Below, piece by piece: positions 29,337 to 44,028 of a stretch of DNA of 64,000 nt (positions are counted from its first letter, which is position 1; each line of letters begins with the position of its first letter). The DNA comes from the human T2T-CHM13v2.0 reference genome, Homo sapiens, in assembly GCF_009914755.1 (NCBI RefSeq), contig NC_060940.1; one strand, given 5' to 3'. Made by a program: the position numbers and the translations under genes. Under the pieces are notes generated by a model. The model saw nothing but the letters and a program-made list of their open reading frames with translations. It made no database searches and was not told where the DNA came from.

Positions 29337-30020
29337 TAGATTTCTTCACCACTGTCCACAGATTAGCTCATTAGAGATGCAGAATCTCAGGCCTCACCCC
29401 AGACTTCCCAAGTCAGAATCTGCATTTTAACAAGATTCACAGGTGATTCACATTTGCATTAATGTTGGCATATCACTGGGCTAGTCTGCAAGAATTCTGA
29501 GTCTCTATCAAGGCAAAAAACAAACTAGCAACAAAAATCACATTGTAGCGATAGGGAAAAATAGGTCAGAAAACTTCTTTACAGCAGTATATTCAATGAG
29601 AGCAATGTCCCCATAAACCCTACGAGGAAATGAGTGGGTATAAAACATTCAGGTTTTATACCCCCTCAAACTGTCACTCAAGTATAAAATCAAAGGATGG
29701 ATGCTCTCAAACATGCACAGCTCAGGAATTCTGTGTCCCATGGGCTCATTTTGAAGAGAACAAAAGAGGACAAATTTAGCCAATGAAGGCATCCACGGAA
29801 TTCAGTAAGATGATGAGCATCCAGCCATTAAAAAATATAAATTTGTACATTTCCTTATGTATAAAATTGTGTATCAGAAGAGGAACACTGTAAAGTAATA
29901 CTGAGCTGTGGGTGGTGAGATGCATGCTGGGGAAAGTATATTGATGTCTTTGTCATACTTTGAATTGTATACATAAATAAGATGGATTGATGGGTAGATA
30001 AATCCATGACAAAACAAGTA

Positions 30021-30643
<623 letters not shown>

Positions 30644-31946
30644 TAGAGTAAAAGTTTCGTACAATCTAGGTGGTGGGTATACAAGTAATCCTTGTAATTT
30701 TTTTTAGTGTTGCTGTATGTTTAAGAATTTTATATTAAAATGCCAGAAAAACATAAGCCTCCCTTTGTGGGAGAATTATGGTTACAAAATGGAATGCAAA
30801 TATTATATACCATGTCCATACAGAAATGACAATACACCTTAGGGGTGTAAAAGGAGAAATTGGGGAGAGAAAAGGAACAGGTTTGTGTAAGAATGTGACC
30901 TTCCTCTTCATAAGCAGCGGAAAGTGAGAGATTCAGTGGATATTGTTTGAAGGTGATAAAGCAACTGAGAGTATAAAATGTTCCAAGAGAAATAAGCCCA
31001 AAATCTGAATGGTGGAAGGCACAGAGGAAACAGTGGGAGTGTCCTATTTTGGGCATTACTTGGAGAATCAGTAGATATGATATAAATGCTTTCAAGACAA
31101 ACTAGGACCACAGAAACCATCTCTGAGATACAATGCTAACTGGGTAAGGCACTATCATTTGTGATTAAAAGCAACTCAAACATATGCATAGGCAATCTTG
31201 GGAAAGATACTGTTAACCGTGGTTCCTTTTAGGACAGAGAGGAGGATTGGGTGGGAGTGACCGTTCTGTTTCAGCCCTGTGTTCTTTTATACTAAAACAA
31301 GCCAGCAAACCAACCTTTGAGATGTGTTGCCTTAAACATTACTGAATGGGGGTGGGGGAGATTCGGCTCCAACTTGCCCCCCTCAGCCCCAAATAAAAAG
31401 AAACATTTAAATGACTGTGAAAGACAGGTCCTAATTGTAAAGAGGGAATGGCTTTAGGAGGAGGAAGATCAATACTGCTATGAACTACTAAGGGACAGAA
31501 AGATTTCCTCCCATTGGAAATCTTTAAAGATAAAACACACTCCCTGGTCCTGTGCTTTGTAAGGCTGTAAGTGGAGGAAATGGATGAGGATTCACTACTC
31601 TTTTGGTCTCAGGAGTATTTAAGGAATTGAACCACAGCTGCAATCACTACACTCAATGTGGAATGTTCTGTGGGTTTTAATTTCTTCTGAGTGAATCATT
31701 TTTATTTCTAGATGGTAGATATTTTTAACCTTGCTTCCCTGTATGGACCAGTCAGTCATGGCTGCCGGCCTCTGTCCCTAACCATCAGGATAGGACCTCT
31801 GGCTTCCACAAAGTCAGCCCCCAGCATGGGGCACTGACTTCTCTACCCTTTGAACTAGGCCTATGATCCCGAGGTAGCCTCCAAAAAAAATCTAAGGTCT
31901 GACATTAATTACCTGCCTTTGCATTTTCCTCCTTGTTCTGCTTCAG

Positions 31947-32035
31947 GATTCAGGTCCGTTCCTCTGAAGAATGGGTACAGCGAGGACATAGAGCTGGCTT
32001 CCCTCCTGGTTTTCTGTGAGATGCGGCCAGTCCTG
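31947..32035 (+). CDS. PLCG2: PLCG2 exon 31 (89 nt), end of C2
   Basis: ttctgcttcAG acceptor, CTG|GTGAGT donor; [29 protein letters not shown]. Confidence 0.97.
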
Positions 32036-34549
32036 GTGAGTGGAGAAACACCAGTTAAGGGTTCCCTGAGCTATGCCTGCTGGTGAGGGTAGAAACGGCC
32101 CGTGAATACAATTGGCAGATGGACTTAAGCCCATTCAGAATTGTCTAGCCCAAGCATGAGACATCATACAAGAATTCCTTTTTGCCAATTCCCCAGAGTG
32201 TCCTGGGTTTTCCCTCCCAGCATCCTCCTTTCCTGGAGAATGCTGTGTGATTCTGTGTAGGCAGTGTAGGAAAGGGTGCCGGTACTTGTAAGTTCCCCAT
32301 AGTTTCACTTCAGCAAGAGCCAGGCCAGATGATGCCTTCCTAGATAGACTCATCCTTTCTGGATGCTTTTTGGTGCCAGTGCATCTTTAGGAATCCTATC
32401 AAAAAGTCTGATAGCCTCCAATCAAGTAGAATGACCATAAATTAATCACCCCCCAAGCTGAGCATTTAGATGGAATCCATTTACAAATAAGGCGATCATG
32501 CACAGCTTTAGGTGAGTACCTTTTTCCTCCTTTACGCCAGAATTCTTTCCTTAGGATCAATACTCAGATATAGAATTAGTGGGATCAATTAATTTAGCTG
32601 AATGTTAAAACTGTAAAACCTGGGCTTTAGCAGAAGCCTTAAACCAGTGAGCATGAAGACCCTTTGCTTAGTGAAGCTTATCCCTCCCCAGCTCACTGAA
32701 GATCTGGGATTTGTGCATCTATTGCCCGGGGAAAGGGAACCAGTGCTGCTTCTCTCTATACATAAAACCCCTCCGCAGACACTTCACAGAAAAGTCAAGT
32801 GATAAAAATGGTTTTAGATTGTGGTAGGGCAGCATTTGCCTAGGCCCGCTGCTCTGCAAGGCTGTTGTAAACAACCGGAAACATTGTAAATAATTTAAGT
32901 GATTAGGTATCACCAGCAGCAGAGAAAATTAGTATATTTAAAAGAAAATTGTGTTGATGCAGATTTGACTTCCTTGATGAGGGAAGCTTAATGCCGGGGC
33001 TGCCACTGTAGGGAGCCAGGGGCGTTGTGTGGGGTTCTAAATGGAAAGTCGACGCTCACAAATCTGCTTTCTGAAAGTTTTCTTTAGTTCAGCTGCTAGG
33101 TCTTGAGATTTCATTTAATTCCACATCTGTCACCTGGTTCTGTGCCACTCACAGGTGCAGCTCGGCATTTCTGTCCACACTGGGATGAAGAGTCGCTCTT
33201 GGAAGCCGAGCTGAATTGCATTCGGTAGACCTGGGCTTTCTCCTTAATGCCCACGGTCATACCTTTTATTTATCACCATATCCTCTGGAAGCCAGGGAGA
33301 AACTCTGGTAAACAGCCTCAATGCAGACTTTTCTGAGCAAATGATTGATCCAGTAAGGGCTAAGATGGAGTTTACTCATAAAACCTTTGCTGAGATAGAG
33401 TTTACAGCCCCAGAAAACTGTCAATAAGCACTTTACACACCTTCTGAAGAAGCCATTTACATGTCACAATTACTTTATCAAGTCGCAGTCCTTTACTTTG
33501 CTAGCAGTATGTTTGTTTAGTTTATAAAGAGTATTTTTAGCACCATTTTATTACCTACTGTATTTTATTTAAGATGTAAGAAAGGTGGGGGAGTTGAAAA
33601 GAGTCCCCCAGATAGCCTGTATCTAACGACCGTTACCATCTTGGTAGATTTCCATTGCCTTATGATTTTTTGTATATGATATTTCCATAGTCAGATTCAT
33701 ACAGGTGCCCTTTTCTACTTCACAGACGACTTTAAATGATTTTCAAAGCCATTGATGCCTGTTTCATCAGGTATGGGTCCCTAATTCACTTATGCTCCTA
33801 CTAACGGAGAGTCAAGTCGTTGGCAGTTCTTTACTTTATAAATAATATAGGTCTTCATGTAATATTTTCTGATTAAAAATTATTTCCCAAGGCTAGATAT
33901 TTAGCAATGGAATAATAAATCAAAGAAAAAAGGACCATGTATTTTTATCTGCATGTCAAATTGTTCTCTGCAAGTAAATAGTTTCTCTTAAGTTGTCGTA
34001 TTATATCCCATCTTGCCATTAACTGGAATAGGCCTCCACTGGAATGATTTAACATGGTGAGATCCCGAAGAATGGGACTGGGGAAAATAGGAAAGCTTAA
34101 ATAGTCATCATCTTCCATGGGCAAACTGGCCGTTTCTGGAGGGCACATTTGAGAAAACTGGCTGCCCCACGACCTGTTTAGTACTGATCCTGGGTGGACT
34201 GGGTTCTGTTTTGTGCTGGGTAGGAGCTAACCTGCAAGGGGTGGAGAGGCCCTTCTTTAGAGTGGAAGAAAACCCAGGATGTTGTGCACTAGATTAAGGC
34301 TTATCCTAGAGCAGATGCTTGAATCCCTTTGTAGAAGATTGCACACTTTAGAATCCTGGAGGTCCAGGACTGGGAGCTGCACTCTGGCACTGAGCTGGTC
34401 CTGGTTTTTGAGGTTGGGAAAGATTTCCTTACACCTAGGGAGACCTGGAGGGACACAAAGGCCCTCCTTATGCCTCATCAGCTAAAGTTGGTCAGTTTGC
34501 CTAATGCTGGCTCCAAAGAGCAAAAACTGCTGTGTTTAACATCCATGAC

Positions 34550-37500
34550 CCAAGAGTGTGACATGACTACTGAACACACAAAACCATGAGCATGCAGTGG
34601 AAAAAGAGGAAGACAGACTAAGGTACACACCTGGAACAGATGGCTGGCAGTTGAAACTGAGCCAGTGGAAACCTCAGATGATGAGAACTGTAACACATAA
34701 CTCATAGGATCTTTCAAAGACATCCAAGGAGAGCACTGGAGAAAGCTTTCTGGAATTCAGAGAATAGACGTGATTTGTTGCATTAAAAAATTCAGTATAT
34801 AAAGAGATCTGCATTAGTGACACCAAAGATAATGTGAAGGAAAAGTCTCACAATCTAGGGCAACCCCACCATGAGATGGAAAGAAAGGAAAAGGTGGGCT
34901 GGGAGGACAGATGCCAAGGACCTAATATGAAAGCATGTCCCAAAGGACAAAGTTAAACAGACGGTGGAGAGCTATTAATGAAATAGCGAATAAAGGAAGT
35001 GTTTCTCTAATCTGCTGCTTCTGAGGGCCCACTTGGTTGCAGGTGAGATGAATAGAAAACACATCCATACCCTCAGTAATATTTCAGTAAAAATGTTAAG
35101 TTCCAAGGATAAATTTAAAAACCTGGACTTCCAGCACACTAGTTGTGTATAAAGGAAACTGAATAAGTCTAATATCAGACTTGTCCTCTTTGGTGCTGAA
35201 AACTAAAAGACTCCCAAAGTGGGTAGAATGTGGACTAGGAAGACAGAATAATTCAGTGTCCAGCCCCCGACATGTCAAGGAATTTCAAGGTATGCAATAT
35301 TTTAGATATATCATGTATCCTACTCAAGGGAAATCTTGAGGCAGCCCCTGAATCGATGATTATTTTAGTCAGAAAAGAAAACTTTTAGATAGGGAGGTGA
35401 AGAGAGGGAAACCAGTGAATAATTAATTTTGCAGTACAGTTACATCTTACAGGATGATGACAGTGTGATAAAAATTTTGTCATGGTAAATATCAAATAAG
35501 GATTTTTGAATTGGAAGAAATATACCATGATAAAAAATGACAATCAAAAGCTAAAAAATAATCAAGTATCAACAAAGCAAAGGCATGGAAAGGTAAAATA
35601 AAGGTATGCTAAAGGTTATTTCAACTTTGACGACTAGGGAATCAGTCAGTAAATAAACTATACTGCAGAGGGAGATTTAATGCTACATCTGATGTTAAAG
35701 GAAACTGTGATTTTAGTTAGCATTGTTAGACTGAGGGTAACCACTGTCAGAATTGAAAAACAGACAAGAAATAAGGAGGAAAAAAGGAGATCAACATAAA
35801 CTTGACCAAGAGAGTAAAAATAATGTAAAGAATCAGAATAAGTTAAAGCAAGGTAAAATGTGTAGTAATTGAAGTGAAATGGATAAGAACTTACATTTAA
35901 TTTGGTGAATAGGCTGAATCCTCCTATTAGAAAAGAAATCTACCTGCAGTGTTTACAACAAGAGGCCTAAAGGCAAGGTAAATAAAACAAATAGGAATGG
36001 ATGGAAGAGTTACTGGGAAAATTGGGAAGGAAAAGTTAACATCAATCTAGAATTTACGATCAGAAGTACTACAGTGTATTAAGACGAACAATATGTGATG
36101 ATAAAATGCTTGTTTTCTAAAGGGATATAAAAGTCATTAGCAAATAGCATAGTACCTAAGTATATAAGACAAAAATTCCTACATATACAAAGACAACTGT
36201 ATAAAGAGAAAATCTTTCAGAATTTGGAAAGTCTTGTATATAAGAAATCAGCAAAGACATAATATCAAAATAATTTGCCTTAAGAAATATACAACTTTGT
36301 GTCCTACAAATGGATAACATACACTATTTTCTTCTGTCTCAAACTTCATAAATTTGATTGCATTCGTTAGAAAACTTTAATACATTTTTTAAAAATAATG
36401 ATTTCCTAAGTCATTGGCTGTAACTGGACTAGATTCAAAAGACACAAAAAGATGGCAAAATTGCTCACAATTTGAAGATAATAATTTTCTAAATATACTA
36501 AAACAAGTAAATTACTTAGAAAGTAAAACATTTATGCCATAGTTACATTTAGAAGAGGAAAGTGCTTGCCTTAAAACTTCACAAAGAATGAAGACGTATG
36601 TACTACTAAGTATTCATCTTCAGAACTTTTAAAACACCAATAAAATAGAACAAAGGAATAAAAGAGATAGAAACCAACTGAATAAAACACAAATAAAAAT
36701 AAAAGGATAAAAAGAATAAAACATTCTGGTTTATCAAAAAGGCCAAATTTTGTTTTGAGACAGTGTTTTTTTCTGTCACCCAGCCTGGAATACAGTGGTG
36801 TGATCATGGCTCACTGCAGCCTTGACCTCCTGGGCTCAAGTGATCTTCCTGAGTAGCTGGGACTACAGGCATATGCCACCATGCCTGGCTAATTTAAAAT
36901 TTGTGTGTGTGTGTGGAGACAGGGCCCTGCTTTGCTGCCTAGGCTGCTCTCAGATCCTCCTGCCTTAGCCTCCCCAAGTGCTGGAATTACACGTGTCAGC
37001 CACTGTGTCCAGCCCTCAAAAGACCAGTTAAACTCTTTGCCTACTTAATAAAAGAATAAAGAGGAAAAACATGTAAGAGTAAATACTGGAAAGGAGACTG
37101 AACCCCAAATAATAAACTACAGCAAATGGATGATTACCTTAAAGAATGTAAATAGGCTAAAATTGTTCTGAAAAGCAGTAGAAAAGTTAAAACACCTATT
37201 AGATAAAACAGGTTTAGGATCTAGATGGTTTTATAGCTTAGTTTTGTCTTCATTTAAATAACGTAATTCCAATTTCACTCCACCAAAGTAAGAAGAACAA
37301 TGGAAATCCTTCTTCTGTCTTGAAGCTATACAACTTTCATATCAAAACTGGAGAAAGATAGTACTCCTAGCTTTCCCCTAACCTCATTCAGCCGTAGACC
37401 AATGTCATGTGTGAATATAGATGTTAAACTTCAAAAAATAGCAAATATCCAGCTGTTTACTAGAAGAGCAATATATTACAACTAAGCATTTATTCTGGAA

Positions 37501-39210
37501 TGCAAGGATGGTTTAACACCAGCACAGTTAGCAACAAATTAAATATGAAAAAAGCATAAACTAGTAGATGCCATAAATGTAAACAGCCAAATGAAATAAT
37601 CAGTATAATTTTAGAAAAAAGGTCGAGTGATCTCTATTGTATACAAATTTAAACTGTACAAATTCTGATTGTATAGTTTACAAAACAGGAAGACTTCAAT
37701 TTTAAAGAGACTGATGTTTATTTTTCTTGTATTTATTGAACGTAACCACTTCTGTCTGTTCTAGAAGTAACAAACAGAAATGTGGTGTGGGAGGAAGGGA
37801 CAAATGGGACATCCCATTTGTGATACTGACAAAAACCATAACACATTTAGGAGTAATTTAAATAAAGGTACAGAACTTATATAAGAAAAAAACATAAAAT
37901 CTTATTAAAAAACAAAACACCATGTGAACAAGTAGAAATTTATACCAACCCTTCCAAAATTAATGTTGGATTGGAATTGGAGGTATCAATATAAACTCAA
38001 GTTACATATATATTTATATATATATATTCACACGTAGATGAATAAATGTGTGTGTTTACATGTTACTACAAATACATACATATCCTAGCTCACTCTGCTG
38101 AGTGCCTAGAACTTATGACACCCCAGTCATTGGATTCTCAATTCCAGATATTGCTAAATATCATATGCCAATAAAAAGAAATCAGGGCTCCTTAGACAAG
38201 TGGTTGATTTCCAGACATGGGATAAATAAAATATAAAAAGGACCTGGAGCATCTTAACATTTCAGTAAATAAAGAAGTGCTGAAAAAATGGTGGAAGCAC
38301 ATCAAAGGGGCCTAGGAACCAACCAGGGAGCGCTCCCAATGGCCACAGCTGGAACCATTTGCATAGCAAAATAATGATAATATCAGATTCTAGCACACAG
38401 AATGAAATAGCCACATGTCTGTGAATGAATGAATACATGACAGAGAAGAGATAGCTCTTCCTTACAAATGAATTCTGATTAATAAATGTAGAAGGAATGA
38501 GGGAACTAGAAAATCACTATTGAAACAGCATAGTACTAACTGCTGCAGTAAGACCTACTGATGAATGCAAAATGAAAGTTGGAGGAGAAATATATTTCCA
38601 TTGTCCCAAAAGTGTCTTCCGCCAAGAAATTTATCAATTAGAAAGAAAAAAATAGCAGCTTTACAGCGGATAGACCCTGCAGGTACCATCTTAATCAGAT
38701 GATCAACGTTACCAACCACCTGGAATAACGCAGGTTGAAATCACGTACTTCCTGAGGTGAGACGCTGAGAAGGGTACATTGCTTCTGTGACATTCTTGCC
38801 AAAACTGCATCGCCTCAAACAAATTATAAGAAGACACCAGACAAAAGTTGCTGGACATTCATACAAAATAACTGACTAGTATTCTTCCAAAGTGTCCTGA
38901 GGGAGGAATGAGGAAACCATACAGATTGTAGGAGACTAAGGCAGCACAATGACTAAAGGTTCTGTGGGATCCCGGATTGGATGTGGGAACAGGAAAAGGA
39001 GACTGGTGGAAAACCCAGTGAAATATGAATAAGATCTGTAGGTTTAGTATTGCACCGATATTAATTTCTTAGTTTTGATACTTGTACTGTGGTTGTGCGA
39101 GATGTTAACACTGTGGAGTCTAGGTGGTTGGGGTATGTGAGAACATTGTACTATTACTGTACCTTTTTTGTAAGCTTAAGCTTCCAACATAAAACAATTT
39201 AAAAGGTATT
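34550..39210 (+). mobile_element. ancient L1M/HAL1-like and L1MC-like fragments, with AluJ (36748-37014, minus)
   Basis: A-rich + strand, L1 ORF2-like motifs (ggaatgcaaggatggtttaac) and L1MC-type 3' UTR motifs. Confidence 0.6.
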
Positions 39211-39781
39211 GGTGGGGGAAAAACTTTATTTTTTTGTGTATTTTTCCCCCCAACAAACAGGAGAAAAACTAAAGGCAGAGAGTGCCATAAAGATTTTGTC
39301 TCAGGCCAGGTAAAACTTATTACCAAAAGCTTCATTTTCTAATAAAACAAACTAAATTTTTAAGTGAAAACTCAGACTCAAAAGAAATCCAGGAAATAAG
39401 TATCACAAAATGCTTTCTCTTGACTAGAGTGGTGGTTCCTCAAGTCAAGAGGGCTGGTTCATTTGCTGTAGAGTTATTCACTAAACTGTTTCTATCTTTT
39501 ACGTTCTTTTCTGAATGTGCATTATATCTCATATATATACAGTGTACCCAGGACTACAGTATGTAATATAGCTGCAAATATTTTGGCACTCAGGAAAGGT
39601 GATAAAGGGTTGCAGTTATAGAAGCATTCATAGAAAAGGTGAATTTTGAACTTGCGCCCGAATAACAAATACCCATTATATAGAATAAAACAACAGAAGC
39701 CATTTTCTTCTAGGTGCAGAAAAGGGAAAGAGAGACCTTTCATGGTATAGTATTAAGACTTAAATGGGGTTTTCATTTTGC

Positions 39782-40071
39782 TTTATTTTTTGAGACAGGG
39801 TCTCATTGTCTTGCCCAGGCTGGAGTACAGTGGCATGATCGTGGCTCACTGCAGCCTTAACCTCCTGGGCTCATGTGATCTTACCCTCTCAGCCTCCTGA
39901 ATAGCTGGGAGTACAGGGTATGCCACCATGCCTGGCTAATTTCTTTCATTTTTTATAGTAACAGGGTCCCGCTATGTTGCCCAGGCTGGTCTTGAACTCC
40001 TGGTCAAGCAATCCTCCCACCTCAGCCTCCCAAAGTGCTGGGGATTACATGCCTGAGGCACTGCGCCCGGC
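39782..40071 (-). mobile_element. AluJ
   Basis: full reverse-complement Alu with J diagnostics. Confidence 0.88.
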
Positions 40072-40084
40072 GACTTGATTCTTT

Positions 40085-40772
40085 TCTTTTCTTTTTCCTT
40101 TTCTCTGAACTTTATTCTGTAAAATTTTACTTTAAGTTCCAGGATACAAGTGCAGGACGTGTAGGTTTGTTACATAGGTATACGTGTGCCATGGTGGTTT
40201 GCTGTACTCGTCAACCTGTCATCTAGGTTTTAAGTCCCACATGCATTCCCCATCCGCCAACTAGCCATGGTGTGTGTTGTTGCCCTCCCTGTGTCCTCAT
40301 TGTTCAACTCCCACTTATGAGTGAGAACATATGGTATTTGGTTTTCCATTCCTGTGTTAGTTTGCTGGCTGAGGATGATGGCTTCCAGCTTCATCCATGT
40401 CCCTGCAAAGGACATTACTTCATTCATTTTTGTGGCTGCATAGTATTCCATGGTGTATATGTACCACATTTTCTTTATCTAGTCTATCACTGATGGGCAT
40501 TTGGGTTGGTTCCATGTCTTTGCTGTTGTACATGGTGCTGCAGTAAACTTACATGTGCGTGGGTCTTTATAGTAGAATGATTTATATTCCTTTGGGTACA
40601 TACCCAGTAATGGGATTGCTGGGTCAAATGGTATTGCTGGTTCTAGATCCTTGAGGAACCACCATACTGTCTTCCACAATGGTTGAACTAATTTTCATTC
40701 CCACCGACAGTGTAAAAGTGTTCCTATTTCTCCACAGCCTCGCCAGCATCTATTGTTTCCTGACTTTTTAAT
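40085..40772 (-). mobile_element. 5'-truncated L1PA (intermediate age) 3' end
   Basis: minus-strand ORF2 end MWKTVWWFLKDLEPAIPFDPAIPLLG and MWYIYTMEYYAA, plus L1PA 3' UTR. Confidence 0.9.
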
Positions 40773-42409
40773 ATGCTTTATTCTTAATAGGGAGGAAAGT
40801 CATTACTAAGTGAAGTCATTACTGACTCTTCCCAATGCCTCACTTGATACATTCACTTAATCACCAAGGACAGCCCATTTTACCTCTGCTTACTCTTCAA
40901 CCTTTGCAAACAGCTGGAATAATCATCTTCTGTCCCCCTTCTCCAAAGTCACAGTTCCAGCTGTTACCCTGGGGACTGTTTTGTTAGGTCATTAAAGGAG
41001 GAAAAAACCTTGCAGAGTATGGTCTGAGTCCGTGTTTTCCTAAAAGTAAATGACAAAGGATCTTGTTTGTGCACCTCAACAGATGTTTTTGTAGCACAGG
41101 AGTCTTTCACTTGAACTCCATCGGGAAAGGCCAATTGACTTGACCCTCCTGCAAAGCCAAGCTTCACAGAGTAGTCAGGGATCCTCTGAAACAGATGAGG
41201 CAAAACATCCTCATCCTCCCCCTGCATTGAAACCCAAACTCCCTACCCTGAGTGGCTTTTGTCTTTTTTTCTCCCCTAGCATAATGGACTATTTTGGTTC
41301 CTGCAACTGAAAAGTTTAGGGGTAGGTCTTGTTTCAGTCATGGCTGAATCTCTGTGCTCACTCAGTGGCTGTTTTCCTCTTTTTCTGGCACATTCCAAAC
41401 TTCTTGACTCAATAGCAACGTGGCCATGACAGGACCACACTTACTCTTTCAGCTGATCCCAAGAAAAGAAACTCTACCAAGAGCACCAACGAAAGTCCCA
41501 CGGATGCGTCTAGTTGGCCTTGCTTGGGTCATGTGCCTGGAGGTTGTACTGGTGGGGGAAGTAGAAATCATTACTGGCTACAGGTGAGGCACATGCCCAT
41601 CTCTGCAAGATGTAATTTATGATACCTTGACTTTTTTGGGTAACAGCTTTGAGAGATAATTCATATAACCACATATCATATAATCACTCATTTAAAGTGT
41701 ACAATTCAATGGTTTATAGCCTATTACGTGTTGTACAGTCATGGCCACAATCAATTTTAGAACATTTCCAACACCCAAAAAGAAACCTCACGCTCATTAG
41801 CTGCTGCCACTCACTCCATCCCCCAGACCCCGGTGACCTTTAACCTACTTTGTCTCTGTGATTTTGCTAGTTCTGGACACTTCATATAAATGGCATCGTG
41901 TGATTTGTGATCTTTTAGAGTTGGGCTCATTCACTTAGCATAATGTTTTCAAGGTTCATCCACCTTGCAGCTTGTTACCTTGCCTTTTAAGGCCCTTAAA
42001 AGATTTTAAATTATCTGCCTCCTGCCTGCCTTTTAGTTCTCATGTCATGCTGTTTTTTTCTCCTCTGCTGGGTTCCACTTTAAGCGTGCAGCTGCTTAGA
42101 CACTTTTGCAGTCAGGTAAAGGCCAGAAGGTGACATGTAGACCAAAGGAAAACCGGGTTAGATTAAGAAATAGGATCTACAGGAAATGCAGTCATTATTT
42201 CAATGTTTTGCAATAAATCAACAGTGTAAAGACCAAGCACTTTTTAAACTGCTTGCTTCCCACACAATAAATAATTGTGTTTTATCTTTCTTTGGTTAAA
42301 ATAGGCCCTGGCTCTTCTGGGCTAATCCAAGTTGCAAAACTTCTGCCCCATGCTCCCTTTGGGCATGCTTGTGAGATGCCAGGTTCACATTTTGGTTTGG
42401 AAGGTGTAG

Positions 42410-42631
<222 letters not shown>

Positions 42632-42746
42632 TAGGTCAGCCCCTCCACCTGCAAAAACTTTTGGGGGGTCTCTAGGCACGGTGATGATGGGCACCACGGG
42701 CCAGGCTTCTGGAAAGCCCTCTGAGTTGCTTTCTTCAGAAATCCTT

Positions 42747-43077
42747 GGCCGGGCATGGTGGCTCACAGGCCAGGCATGGTGGCTCATGCCTGTAATCCCA
42801 GCACTTTGGGAGGCTGAGGAGGTTGGATCACCTGAGGTCAGGAGTTCAAGACCAGCGTGCCCAACATGGAGAAACCCTGTCTCTACTAAAAATACAAAAA
42901 TTAGCTGGGCATGGTCGTGGGCGCCTGTAATCCCAGCTACTTGGGAGGCTGAGGCAGGAGAATCATTTCAACCTGGGAGGCAGAGGTTGCAGTGAGCCGA
43001 GATCACACCATTGCACTCCAGCCTGGGCACCAGAGGGAGACTCTGTCAAACAAACAAACAAACAAACAAACAAAAAA
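42747..43077 (+). mobile_element. AluS with duplicated 5' end and (CAAA)n tail
   Basis: full dimer; TSD aaatcctt. Confidence 0.92.
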
Positions 43078-43706
43078 TCCTTTGGCACCCTTGACTCTAG
43101 TTCTCTTTGTTCTAGAAATTAACCTACAGTAATACCTTAGGCGCTTGCCACTTCCCCTAAGTAGAACTGTTTCCTCTAGAAGGACACTTCAATTTAATAG
43201 CGAAAATAAATGATGACCACTGACTTTTAAGGAGTACTTATTGTGTTTCCAAGAATGGGCTAGTCCAGCGGCTCTAGACTGGGTCAAGATCCCCCAACAG
43301 GGATGCTTGTGGTTGTGCTACAGGCATGTAATGGGGTGCGGGGCGGCCGGGGTTGCCAAGTGTTTCATAATATGTCTAAATCTTCTAAGAAAGAATCATC
43401 CAGACAAAAATCCTAATAGTAGCCACCAACGAGAAACTGTGCTGCCTCCCTTACTCACATTATTCTCATTTAATCTTCATGTCAGCCTGCAGAGTAGCTC
43501 TTACTCTGTTTTACCATTGAGGAGATTTAACCTCTCTGAGTCTCAACGTCTTACCAGGAACTTGGAGTCTGCCTCTCTGACACTCAGCCCTATACCATCC
43601 AGCTATGAATGACTGGCAAATGTACAGAAAGAGAAATGTTACAGAGTTCAGCACGCAGCCCATTTCTCATGGCCCACTGCTGATGGTGAAATCTGTTTTA
43701 TTTCAG

Positions 43707-43749
43707 GTTAAGAGAGAAGAGAGTCAGCAACAGCAAGTTTTACTCATAG
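43707..43749 (+). CDS. PLCG2: PLCG2 exon 33 coding part, ends ...LREKRVSNSKFYS-TAG
   Basis: ttttatttcAG acceptor; with exon 20 starting in codon 685, the summed exon lengths end at codon 1265 + stop, the recalled protein length. Confidence 0.97.
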
Positions 43750-44022
43750 AAGCTGGGGTATGTGTGTAAGGGTATTGTGTGTGTGCGCATGTGTGTTTGC
43801 ATGTAGGAGAACGTGCCCTATTCACACTCTGGGAAGACGCTAATCTGTGACATCTTTTCTTCAAGCCTGCCATCAAGGACATTTCTTAAGACCCAACTGG
43901 CATGAGTTGGGGTAATTTCCTATTATTTTCATCTTGGACAACTTTCTTAACTTATATTCTTTATAGAGGATTCCCCAAAATGTGCTCCTCATTTTTGGCC
44001 TCTCATGTTCCAAACCTCATTG

Positions 44023-44028
44023 AATAAA
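44023..44028 (+). terminator. proximal polyadenylation signal AATAAA
   Basis: first canonical hexamer after the stop, about 270 nt downstream. Confidence 0.75.
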
